Assembly: GCA_036172245.1 (NCBI GenBank)
Contig: JAYWIR010000062.1
Location: forward strand, 1 to 64,000
Direction: 5' to 3'
DNA: 64,000 nucleotides
Origin: Raillietiella orientalis
Taxonomy: Eukaryota
Position numbers and translations under genes: made by a program. Under the pieces are notes generated by a model. The model saw only the letters and a program-made list of their open reading frames with translations. It had not been told where the DNA came from and searched no databases. Numbering within the stretch: position 1 is the stretch's first letter; each line of letters begins with the position of its first letter. Positions 48,916 to 60,100 of this stretch are shown here, piece after piece.

Positions 48916-50266
48916 AGTCAAACGCTTTGTGCGCTCTAGGGCGGACGTGTTATCTCGGTGCTCCTCGTGCCAGGAAGTCTCCCCCAGTGCAAGCGTCGTG
49001 TGGTTCGGTGGTCGATCAGGCAGCGATGCCTGAGGCGACCACCAGCGATGGCCAGGGGGCGGCGGCAACGTCGCTCCCAGAGGCGATGGAGGTGAGGACA
49101 TCCGCCCCCACAGAATCGGTCCCCGCTGCAGCACGGGCGTGGAGCGCCGTTGTGTCGGCGCCATCGCCTGCAGCCGCTGCGGAATTGTCGGCTTATGTAG
49201 AGGAGGGGTACAACCCCTGATTGTTCTACAAGGTAGGCAATTTATATTCTTTAAAGAGCACGCGCGCCTTCTCGAAGGGCGTGCGCGCTCTCGATGTGAA
49301 AGAGGAGGAGCTCAGAGCTATGACCATCCGCAGCGGGGGTCAGTACGTTGAGGTCATCTGCAAACAAGCAGAGCTGGCCCAACGACTGCTTAAAACCCCC
49401 GTGGTGATGGGGACGCGCAGGCTCCTCCCTATTACGGCGGACCGCAGCATGGAGGTCCACCTGTTAGGTGTTACCGCGCGCATGCGCAAGGAACAGGTTC
49501 GCGCTGCGTTGGAGGAATACGGAACGGTCCACGCGCAGTGGACGAAAGTTTGTCGTTTCGAGGACTACACGGGGCTGCAACACGGCCTCACTGCTGCGCG
49601 CGTGACCGTTCGGAAGGGCTGCACTCTTCCCCTCAAACTGGTGGTCGAAGGCGAAACCGTCGACCTCTGGTATGTGGGGAAGCAGAAATACTGTGGCTTC
49701 TGCAATACGTCGGGCCACCTCAAAAAGAGGTGTCCCAACGTGCAGTGCCAAGTATGCGAAACCATGGGACACACGAGGGAGGTGTGCCCTAAAGCAGCAG
49801 TGCGGGTGGTTTCCAAAAACGCGCTCGGCTTCTGCAGAAAAGGCTGGCGGCGAAAGCTGCCGCGAAGGCTGTGCCACCCGCGCCCAAGAACCAGGCCGCA
49901 CCCGAGACCCCGGCGACCAACGCAGAAAAAGTTGAGGGAGCCGGCCTGGAGACTGGATGGCAAGTGGCAACGGCCAAAAAATCAAAGAAGGAGAGGAGGA
50001 TGGAAAAGAAAATCGCCTACCAACAGAAGAAGAAAGAGCAGGGTAGCGCGATAATTAAAGAGTGCAGCGTCGTTGTCGAACGCGTTCTCGATGTTGCCGA
50101 ACGCTGCCGGAAAGAACTCGCCGCTACCGACGACCTCCCCTCTGTTGACACTGTCAACAGCGAGGGGAGCGAGCCGGCGGCGGCGTCCGTCATCGACACC
50201 ACCATCGATGACGTAGCCTTCGCGCGAGCCGCGGAGGAGCTGGCAGCCTCGTTGCAGCCAGAACCC
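48916..50266 (+). mobile_element. Subfamily K 5' part (ORF1 truncated)
   Basis: Near-identical to 25963-27368. GGACGTG at 48943. Confidence 0.9.
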
Positions 50267-50366
50267 TCCGCGGCCAGTTGGAGGACGTGTTTTTCCTTCA
50301 CTCCTCAAAGGGTAGTAGGAAAGCGCTTTCTTGTGTGTGGTGTTTAGTGTACATCGTCGGTGTCCA

Positions 50367-52115
50367 ATGGCCACGACGCCAGAGGACACCGCGATGGAGG
50401 TGGGAGTGGGGGAGGCTAGTTCGCCCCCACAGCCTACTGGAGCAGGGGCAGCCGCCCCGGAATCATCCCCGGCCACGCCGAGGACATGGAGCGCCATGGT
50501 GGCCGCGCCCAGCGCAGAAGCCATGGCGGAGATGGCCGCATACAAGGCCTCCGGGTACAAGCCATCGCTTGTCTACCAGGTAGGCAACTTGTTCGACGGC
50601 CGGACAGCGCGCGCCTTCAGCAAAGCGTTGAAGGACGCGAATGTTACTGAGAAGGATCTGGACGGCCTCTCCGTCCTCAGCGGCGGGCAGCGGGTCGAGG
50701 TGGTCTGCAAAGATGTCACCTTGGCTCACCGCCTAATCCATGCGCCGCTGAACGTAGACGGCCGCAAGATCCTGCCAGTATCAATGGACCGCTCCGTGGT
50801 GGTCCACATGACTGGCATCACCAGCCGCATGACGCGGTCAGCGGTTGGTGAGGAATTGCGGAAATACGGTGAGGTGCACGCACTGTGGCCGAAACCCTCC
50901 ATTTTCGACGGCTTCGATAGCCTTTTTGGTGGGCAGGCTGCAGCGCGGGTCACCGTACGGGAGAATTGTGGGCTTCCACACAAACTACAGGTGGCGCAAG
51001 AAAACGTCGACCTGTGGTATGTAGGGAAGCCCCGGTATTGCGGGCATTGTGATACCGTGGGACACCTACGTAAAAGGTGTCCCAATATACAATGCCATTT
51101 GTGCGGGGAGCGGGGCCACGTTCGGCGCGTGTGTCCCAAACGCCCCACCCCGGTTCCCCCTGCCGCGAAAAAAGCGCAGGGGAAACGTGCTTCAAAGGTC
51201 TCTAGACCTAAAGTAGAAAAGGGCCAGCACAAGCTGCCAACACCTCAACCTCCGGCGCGTAAGCCGGAGGATAAACCTTCTGAAACGGTGGAAGGCGAAG
51301 AGGGATGGCAGCTTGTAGAGGCCAGAAAGCCGAGGAAACTCCCACCCGCGGAGAGCAAAGAGCGCAAGACGGCCGGTAAGCCGAAAAAACCCGGTCCGCG
51401 CTCGAAAACTCTGCGCGAGTGCACGGTGGCACTGGAACGAATCGTCGTTCCCGAGATTGCCACCCGGAGCGTCGATCCTCCCCTTGCCGTTTCCGCTGCG
51501 CCCGAGGCTCGCGACGGCGAACCCTCTGTTTACACAGAGGGTGAGCCGCGCGACATAGCGGCGGTCGAAGCCGCGGACGCCGCGTTCGCGCAGGCGGCGG
51601 AGGAGCTCGCGGTCACGCTGGCCGAGCGTGAGAACCCCTCGCGCAAGGCCGTGCGAAGGCCGGCTCCGGCGAAGGCCCCCACAGGTGAGTTAGACCTGGG
51701 GGCCGGAAGCACATCCTCCTCCTCGGAGGCACCCCCCAGGAAGTCGGGACGCAAGTCCCAGAAGCCCAGGAGGCGCCTCCCCTCCACCAGCGAGGAGGAG
51801 AAGACGGAAGCCGTCGCCAGCGTGGGAAATTCGGAGGAGGAATTCCCACGCTCGGAAGCCGTCGATCCGGCCACCCCCATGGAGGAGGGTGAACAGGGGG
51901 GTGAAGTCCCCCCTGCAGGCGCCGACCCTGAACAGCCCGCCCCCATGGAGGAGGGCGAACAGGTAGGCGCGACTCCACCTGCGGGTGATCCGGCCGACGC
52001 GCCGGCACCGATGGAAGAGGGGGACCAGGTGCCTTCAGCACCTGACCCCCCTCCTCCACCTAGCGTCCCGCCCCAGCAGGTGGCGGACGCCGCACTGCCA
52101 TCTTCCCAGGAGTAA
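50367..52115 (+). CDS. Intact Tx1-like ORF1 (582 aa; putative RRM-like region, 2 CCHC knuckles, acidic PMEEG-repeat tail)
   Basis: Uninterrupted ATG-to-TAA frame. CGHCDTVGHLRKRC and CHLCGERGHVRRVC. Confidence 0.85.
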   Translation: MATTPEDTAMEVGVGEASSPPQPTGAGAAAPESSPATPRTWSAMVAAPSAEAMAEMAAYKASGYKPSLVYQVGNLFDGRTARAFSKALKDANVTEKDLDGLSVLSGGQRVEVVCKDVTLAHRLIHAPLNVDGRKILPVSMDRSVVVHMTGITSRMTRSAVGEELRKYGEVHALWPKPSIFDGFDSLFGGQAAARVTVRENCGLPHKLQVAQENVDLWYVGKPRYCGHCDTVGHLRKRCPNIQCHLCGERGHVRRVCPKRPTPVPPAAKKAQGKRASKVSRPKVEKGQHKLPTPQPPARKPEDKPSETVEGEEGWQLVEARKPRKLPPAESKERKTAGKPKKPGPRSKTLRECTVALERIVVPEIATRSVDPPLAVSAAPEARDGEPSVYTEGEPRDIAAVEAADAAFAQAAEELAVTLAERENPSRKAVRRPAPAKAPTGELDLGAGSTSSSSEAPPRKSGRKSQKPRRRLPSTSEEEKTEAVASVGNSEEEFPRSEAVDPATPMEEGEQGGEVPPAGADPEQPAPMEEGEQVGATPPAGDPADAPAPMEEGDQVPSAPDPPPPPSVPPQQVADAALPSSQE

Positions 52116-52588
52116 CACCTGGGCTCGCCAGTCGCCGTCGGATTCGCGCGGCCTGTTGGAATGTCAACGGGCTGCGCGACGACGGTAACAGGCGAGATAC
52201 AGCCGACACCCTGCGGGAGTTCGACCTGACCCTGTTGCAGGAGATCCACGTGATCACCGCGGCAGACGTCCAGGAGATCGAGACGATCGCGGGGGGTCGG
52301 CTGTACTGGCAGTGCGGCATCCGCAACACCTGCGGGGTCGCGTTCTTCGTGAAGCCGGCCATCGACGCTGCCGTGAAGGGCGTGCGCTTCGATGACCACG
52401 GTCGGGTCGGTCAGCTGACTCTCGGCTGGTCCGACTCGATCGATCTGATCGTCACGAATGTGTACGCCCCAACCGGTCAAAAGGGATACAGCAACCGTAC
52501 CAGGCTGCTGGAATCCCTGAAGCGCGACTGGCTGGCGAACACGAGCGTGCGGAAGGCTCACCTGATAGCGGGAGATTTCAGTCTCCGC

Positions 52589-53674
52589 TATCAGGACGAG
52601 GACGAGTACTGCAGGACGAGGTGAAGTTTTCTACCCTGGCTGCCACGCCTCTTGCCGCAGCGCTGTCTGCCCTCAGGGCAAGAAACGACAGTTACCAACC
52701 GGCGAGGTGGGAGGTTTCCTGCACGATAGCGGGAAGAACCAAACTCCTTGGCACCTGGAAGACAAGTGAGTTGGCGGACGCCGCCACTCCTCGTGTTACT
52801 GCAAAGGGACTCCTCCGGTGGGCAGAAGAACTTGCTGTCACCCCCGAAGAACTTGTAGTCCCTCCACAGTGTATGGACAGTTCGCTGCTCCCCCTTGCTT
52901 GGAAATAAGCCGTGCTGCTTTTCGTTCACTGGGGTTTTCAGTGCAACGAGCGTTGGCATCGTGACTCCGGGGGACTTGCGTCTGCGAACTGCGTTCGGTG
53001 CGGATCGACGGAGTCGATTCCGCACCTACTTCTGGACTGCGGTGTCCTACAAGGACTGTGGCGTAGGCTGGCAACAGCACTATTGCATCCCGTGGACACC
53101 GCAAGAGACTTGCTGCGACGATTCTTCACGCCGAGCGGGCTTTCACTAAGCGCAAGGATTGCAACCATCGGTTGCATACGCGCGATAGTTTCCGTCCGCC
53201 AGGCGTTGGTAATCAACGGACAGCACCAAGAGGTAATCAGCAAAGCATCCTTCTACATGGGAGCATCCGCTAGATGGCCTCATTTGACAGAGGAGACAAA
53301 GAGGAATCTCGCCGCAATACACCGCCGGTTTACACACCCTCATCAGCGGCCAACCCGGTGATCATTGCCCTACCCTCCATAAACTAAATTTGTATTTTCT
53401 TTTTACACCCGCGTCCCCATAGGCTCCGGAACATTTTAGGTGCTCATCGTATAAATCCCCGTGAGTACGGAGCCTAACCAAAAACCCGTTACCCTTCCCT
53501 CCAGTTTTTGATTTTTGTTTGTTTCCCCTCATTCCCCCCACGCTGCGAGCGGTTTGTTTACCAGGCCTGCGTGCCGGTAATTTTTCTATGTTCTCTGTCG
53601 TTCTGTTGGTTAAGGACATTGTCCCTGACCAGTTTATTATTATTAATAAACGCCCCAGCGTGACCGGGTGATAA
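52589..53674 (+). mobile_element. 5'-truncated Tx1-like copy inserted in sense orientation into the EN GDFNLR motif
   Basis: 14-bp TSD atttcaRtctccgc (52575-88 and 53675-88). CVRCG..HLLLDC. AATAAA at 53645 plus hairpin. Confidence 0.9.
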
Positions 53675-56600
53675 ATTTCAATCTCCGCCTGCTAACAGGT
53701 GAGCCGGAAACACAAGTGAACGCGATGAACGAGTTGTGCGCCGCCATGCGTGCGCGCAACTTGTTCGCGGGTGAGAGGGGAATGGTCCGCAGCATCGACC
53801 ACGTCTTCCTCGACGCTGACCTGTGTTCACGGGTCGGCAAACGGGGGAGGGTTGCGTCGACGTTGTCGGACCATTCCCGGTTAATTTTCGAGATGCGGCC
53901 TCGCGACAAAGGACCGCCATCCAGGGACTGGCGTCTGCCAGGGGACTGGACGCGCCTCTCAGGTGCGAAGGTACACCTTCGCGAATACCTGAGAGGCGTC
54001 ACGCTCCGGAATCTCCAAGACTGGGACCTTTTTAAGGAATCGGTCCGGGAGTTCTGCGAGCAGTTCCCCCTGGACCGCCTGCCCTCCGGATTCGGCGAGG
54101 GTCCTCGCAACCATCGGGCCTATTTACAGGCCCGAAGGTACGAGCGAACCCCTAATGTCCGTCGCCTGGCCGAGTACCGCGCCGGGGCCGAACGCCAAGC
54201 CTGGCAATCCGGGTCGGCCAGCTTGCTGGACGACCAGGGCCGGGAATGTTCGTCCCCGGCGTCGGTACGGCATCTCGTGCGGAGTTATTATTCCTCCCTT
54301 TACGCCAGGGCGCCCCCGGATCAAGATGCCTCTCGGCTCTTGCTTCCGGATGGTGCCCCGGCAATAGGGGAGGAGGAGTCGTTAAGCCTCGATGAGCCTT
54401 TTACCACCGGCGAAATTCTCGCCGGTATCAAAAGGCTCAAGAGGCGGAAAGCTCCAGGGGAAGACGGCTTGCCCGCGGAGTTCTATCAGAGCTTCGCGGA
54501 AGAGCTGGCACCCCTGCTGCTTCAGCTGACAAGGCTGATCCGAGACGAAGGCGATGTTCCCGCCTTGTTTCGGTCAGGCAGAGTGAGGCTCCTTCCAAAA
54601 GGGGGAGACATTAGGAATTTGAACAACTGGCGTCCGATCACGATTGTGAATACGGACGCCAAGCTGTTCGCCGGACTGTGGGCTTCGCGTCTGGGGCAGG
54701 TGGCCAATTCCATTATTAGCCCGGAGCAGACATATGCTGTTCCCGGGCGAAGTATGGATGCCAACCTGTTCTTCGCGAGCACATGGTTCCATGTGCAGCG
54801 CTGCCTAAATGAAACTGGCGGAAAGGTTGGCAACCCCACTTTGGGGCCGCCAGCTGGGCTGGGAATGGGCACCCAGACTGGGAAGGGGGCCCTAGCGATC
54901 GCGGTCGATCTACATAAGGCGTTTGACTGCGTTGACCAGGAGCTACTGTTGGAGCTCCTGGGTCGCATGGGCTTCCCACCCTCCCTTCTCTTATTCCTGC
55001 GCTCTTGCTGGCGCAACGCCATCCTTAACATCTGCTTTTCCAGCCAACAGGTGTACGGCGTGCCGGTGCGGCGGTGCATACGGCAGGGCGATAACCTCAG
55101 TCCCCTGCTGATTAGCGCCTACTTTGAGTTGGTGCTGAGAGCGTACAGGGTGACTTTGGCTGCCCTGCCCAGCTCGTGCCCCGGCACGCCCGCCGTAGCA
55201 GCATACGCCGACGACCTTCTGCTCATGTTGCCCATGTCCGCCCCGGCAGCCGCAGTCGAGGATTTCTTCTACCTGCTAAGTCGTAAGACTGGACTTCGGG
55301 TAAACAAGGCGAAGTCGTCGGTCGTACCGGTGGGTGCGACGTGGGTCGGACGGCCTGACTGGATCCGCTTAGGGACCCCCGCGGACAGGTACCTGAAGTA
55401 CCTGGGTGTCCCGTTGGGGGACTTCTGCCTCGCAGAAGCCTGGTCGGGTCGTCTCCAAAAGGTAGAGTTGGCAATCGGCCCGTTCCTGGAAGGCAAGTTC
55501 CTTCTGCCGGAACGGGCTGCGGTGTGGAACGCGTTCGCGGCTCCCATCCTCCGCCCCCTGCTTTTTGTGTGCCCCGTCCCCCGTGACATTAAAAAGAGGA
55601 CCAAGGACCTACTCCGCATCGCCCTCTGGGGCACGGGAGGCCACGTGTGCCTCTAGATGACTTATGCGCTCCTCGTCGCGACGGCGGTCTCGGCCTCCTG
55701 ACGCTGGAGCGCCTGGACATACAGCTGCGATGGCGCACCCTCGCCATCGCAGCAAAGTCATGGAGCACCCCTTGGTGCGTTCCGGCCCTACTCCTCGCCA
55801 TCCGTGTGTCCAGGACGCAAGGACTCGCGTCGTACCTTCTGTGCTCTGGCAGGAAGGTCAGAAGATGCGGCCTTCTCCTTGGGCGCATGGAAGCCCTGGT
55901 GAGAGACAACGGCTGGACGGTATGCAGCCCCGCCAACTCCTCCGCCTGGCTGGAGAAATCCGTTGCGACGTGGGCCAAGCTGAACCTCCAGACTTCCCCG
56001 GACTGGAACCGCCTGCGATTCGGCCCCAACGCCTGCTGCACACTGCGGACTACTCTGGAGTGTCCCGCCAGGAGCACGTGGGCGGAGACTACCCCCCTAG
56101 CTTCGACCATGCCCTTCCTACGAAGGGCTTTAACCAGCGGCCGCAAGCCAAAGTGGCAAGTCTCCTGCCGAATAGCAGGCAAGGATAAGATGAGCGGTTG
56201 GACCATGGGATAATTAGCAGATGCCACAACCCCGAGTGCCCTCCCGCGTGGACTTCGTAGATGGGGCGAGCTGCTCGGCATCCCGACGGATGACCTGAAG
56301 TGGCCCCCAATATTAATCGGATCCAGGCTTCACCCCCTTAAGTGGCAAGAGTCGGTGCTGCTACCGTTGCACTGGGGTCTACCCTGCAACGCGCGCCGCT
56401 TCCACTGGACGCGGGGAAGTGTAAGGCCTGAGTGTGCCAGGTGTGGGGAGCGGGAATTGCTCCCCCACTTACTTGTTGACTGTGCTACCCTCCGACCCCT
56501 GTGGGAACGGTTCGGGACGACCCTCGGGCTCCCAATTGGCAGCGCGCCCAGAGACGTTCTTCGGCCCCTCTTCGCGCGGGACGCCTTGCAGCCCGCCGCA

Positions 56601-57021
56601 GCCCTCGCAGCCCTCTGCTGCATCCGCGGCATCGTGGCGGCCTGGAGCGACATTCGCGACGGAGTGGACGCCAACGCGAGGGATGTCATCCCGTATGCGG
56701 ACTGCTTCATGCGGAGAGCTGCGAGATGGCCCCATCTGGGAAGCATGAAGATGGACCTGGAGGGCATCCTTAGAAGGATGGGCCCTCCTCCCAGTGGATT
56801 GTGATCCCTTCCCCTCCCTCCAAACTCTTTTTGTTTTTCTTTTCATATCTTTATTTTTCTTTTTGTTTTGATCCCTATCCCCCTCCACTGCCGAGGAGCG
56901 TCACGCCCGGCTGCATCCCGGCGTCCCGGCAGGTCCGGTGTTGTGTGGCCGTTAGTGGGGCCTCGTACCACGTTTATGTAGAGTTTTTTCAATTCACGCC
57001 CCAGGATTCCCCGGGTAACAA

Positions 57022-57117
57022 CCCCAAATCCCCGGGGCAGGAGGTGCAAGGGGAACTCCTCGCAAAACTCGCGGACCGAGGCCTTAAAAAGGTCCCAATC
57101 AGCGAGATTGCGGAGCG
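57022..57117 (-). mobile_element. 96-bp subfamily A remnant between the DW and GFG sites
   Basis: TLRNLADWDLFKASVREFCEEFPLHLLPRGFG. Near-identical to 17580-17675. Confidence 0.85.
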
Positions 57118-60100
57118 TCGAGCGGACGTGTGTTTTCGCTGCTCCTGAATTTCGATTTCCGGTGGTGCTTGTGCGTGGTGTGGGTGGAGGATTAGGCAGC
57201 AATGCCTGATACCACCACCGGTGAGGATCCGGGGGCGATGACCTCATTGCCCCCGGAGGAGATATTGGTGGGGGCTCCCGCATCAGTGGAGGCTCCCGCC
57301 AGCACGGATGCGCCCCCGGCCCTACCCAGGGCTTGGAACGCCGTGGCTGCGGCACCTACGCCAGCGGCTATGGCGGAAATGCGCGCTTACCTGGAGGAGG
57401 GGTATAACCCACCCCTTCTATACAAGGTAAGCGGTTTATATTCTCCCGAGAACGCGCGCGCCTTTTCGCAGGCGATGCGCGTTCTCGGTGTACACAAAGA
57501 GGAGCTAATGGCTATGTCCGTCAGAAGCAGGGGTCAATTTGTGGAAGTTATCTGCAAGGAGGCAACTCTTGCGCAGAGACTTCTGCGAACCCCCGTAATT
57601 ATGGGCAGCCGGAGGCTTCTCCCAATTACTGAAGACCGGTCGGTGATCATTCACCTGACCGGTATCACGTTCCGGATGACGAAGGAGGCCGTCCGGAACG
57701 AATTAGAAAAATTTGCAACTGTCCACGCGCTGTGGGGAAAGCCTACTCCTTTTGTCGATTACGACGGGGTGCTTGGCGGCCTGGGTGCAGCGCGAGTGAC
57801 CGTTCGCGAAGGGTGTGAGTTTCCCCACAAATTCACCGTCAACGGTGAATCCGCGGACGTGTGGTACGTGGGGAAACCCAAGTTCTGCGGCTGCTGCAGC
57901 AGCTTTGGACACCTCAAAATGAGGTGCCCGAGCGTACAGTGCCAGCAATGCAAACAAGCGGGGCACACCCGTGTGGTGTGCCCCCAAAACACAGTCCGCG
58001 TCGTGTCCGCAAAAAACGCAAGAAAGCGCGCGGCTAAAAAAAGAAAGCTGGCAGCTCGTGCTTCTGCTAAGGAGGTCACCTCCGCCACCAAGGCGAAGGC
58101 CAGCCCCGAGACCCTGGCGAAAAACGCCGAAAAGGTCGAGGGCGAGGGTCAAGAGCCAGGGTGGCAGAAGGTCTACCCCAAGAAAAACTCCCCTAAGAAG
58201 GGAAACGGAGCGAAACCGCTCCCCGCCGCGAAAAAATTAAAAGCTGCTGCGACGTCGTTGAGCGGATTCCCACCATCGACGAATGCGGCGCTAAAGAACT
58301 CGCTGCTGCCCCTGCTCAACCCTCCGTTGACAAAGTCAACAAGGAGGGGAGCGAGGCGGCGGCATCCGTCATCGAGCCCACGCTCCATGACGTCGCCTTC
58401 GAGCGCGCCGCGGAGGAGCTGGCTGCCTCGTTGCAGCCGGCCGCCCCCAAGGCTGGCAAGAAGGCCGTCAGGCGTCCGGCTTCCTCTCAGGAGTCGGCCA
58501 CTTCCGACCCCGAGGTGAAGGCCGGAAACAGCATCCATCTCCGCGGCACCCCGCAAAACGGCAGGACGAAAGTCCACAATGCCCCGGAAGATCGTCTCCC
58601 CCGACGAAGGTGAAGAGATGGCTTCCGGTAGCGAGGGTGCCATGAGCGTGGGAAACTCCCGGGACCCGTCGCCCGAGAGAATTCCACGCTCGGACACGGA
58701 GGGGATGGTGAGGATGGAGGCCGAACAGGTACCCCAGGCGTCTGAAGAGGCCTCCGTCCTCGTACCGATGGACCTTTCCTACACCTGCCCCGTGGCAGGT
58801 GCCGCGACGCCACTTTCCCAGCCCTAATGCCGGCAATCGCCTCTCGCCGTCGTCTGCTGATCGCCTGTTGGAACGTGAACGTGCTAAGCGACGACGGCAA
58901 GAGGCGTGACGTGGCCGCCACCCTGGCATCCTTCGACCTGGCGCTGCTGCAGGAGATCTACGTGATCTCCGCAGATCAAACCCGGGAGATCGAACGGATC
59001 TCGGGAGGGTGGCTGTTGTGGCGTTGCGGCACCGCGAAATCAAGCGGTGTCGCCTTCCTGATTCGGCCAGCCATCGAGACCGCAATAAAGGACGTTCGGT
59101 TCGATGACGCAGGTCGCGTCGGTCAGCTGACTCTCAGCTGGTCCGACTCTATCGACCTGGTCGTCACCAACCTATACGCTCCTAGCGGAAGCTCCGCGTT
59201 GAGGGCGAAGGCAAGAAGGGATTTCTACGTTGCCCTGAGACGCGAATGGCTGACCGATGCAGGAGTTCGCAAAGCGCACCTGATCGCAAGGAGAGGCAAG
59301 CCTGGCAATCCGGGTCGGCCAGCTTGCTGGACGACCAGGGCCGGGAGCACTCGGTTCCTGTTCAGAAACGCGGGATAGTGAGGAAATTTTACTCCTCCCT
59401 GTACGCCAGCGCGCCTCCGGAGCAGGCTGTCTCACGACTCCTGCTTCCGGAAGGTGCTCCAGCGATCGGGGAGGAGGAGAAAAGGAACCTCGACGAGCCT
59501 TTCACGATGGGCGAGATCATCTCGCCCATCAGAAAGCTCAAGAGGTGAAAGGCTCTAGGGAAGCACGGCCTGTCCGCGGAGTTTTATCAAACTTTCGCGG
59601 CAGAGCTTACTCCCCTGGTACATCAGCTCACCTTGCTGATCCGCGAAACAGGTGACGTTCCCACCTCGTTTCGTTCAGCAAAGGTGCGGCTCCTCCCAAG
59701 GGAGGAGACCTTAGGAGCATCAACAACTGGCGTCCCATCACAATAGTGAATGCGGATGCCAAGTTGATAGCTAAGGTTTGGGCTAAGCGCTTGGGACGGG
59801 TTGCAAACGCCTTCATCAGCCCGGAACAGGCGTATGCTGTTCCGGGGCGAAGCATGGAGGCGAATCTGTTCCACGCTTCCACCTGGCTAGAGCTCCAACA
59901 CGAAAGGGGCTTGATGCGCACCGGGAATTCCGGTGAGTCCGTCAGTCATGCGAAGGATGGTCGGATGGGGGAGGGAGCACTTGCGGTCGCTGTCGACTTG
60001 CGTAAAGCATTCGACAGCGTCGACCAGAATCTCCTGCTGGAGCTTTTGGAACGCTTGGGCTTCCCGGCCTCATTATTGGCCTATCTGCGCTCTAGCTGGC

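Larger units (their letters stand above)
50277..57021 (+). mobile_element. Near-full-length G-like element, interrupted at 52589-53674, 3' end at the GFG site
   Basis: GGACGTG at 50283, intact ORF1, ORF2 EN-RT-zinc finger, terminal hairpin 57000-57016. Confidence 0.9.

Noticed and set aside
53421..53476. Hammerhead ribozyme in the 3' UTR
   Set aside because: No intact CUGAUGA/GAAA core on either strand.
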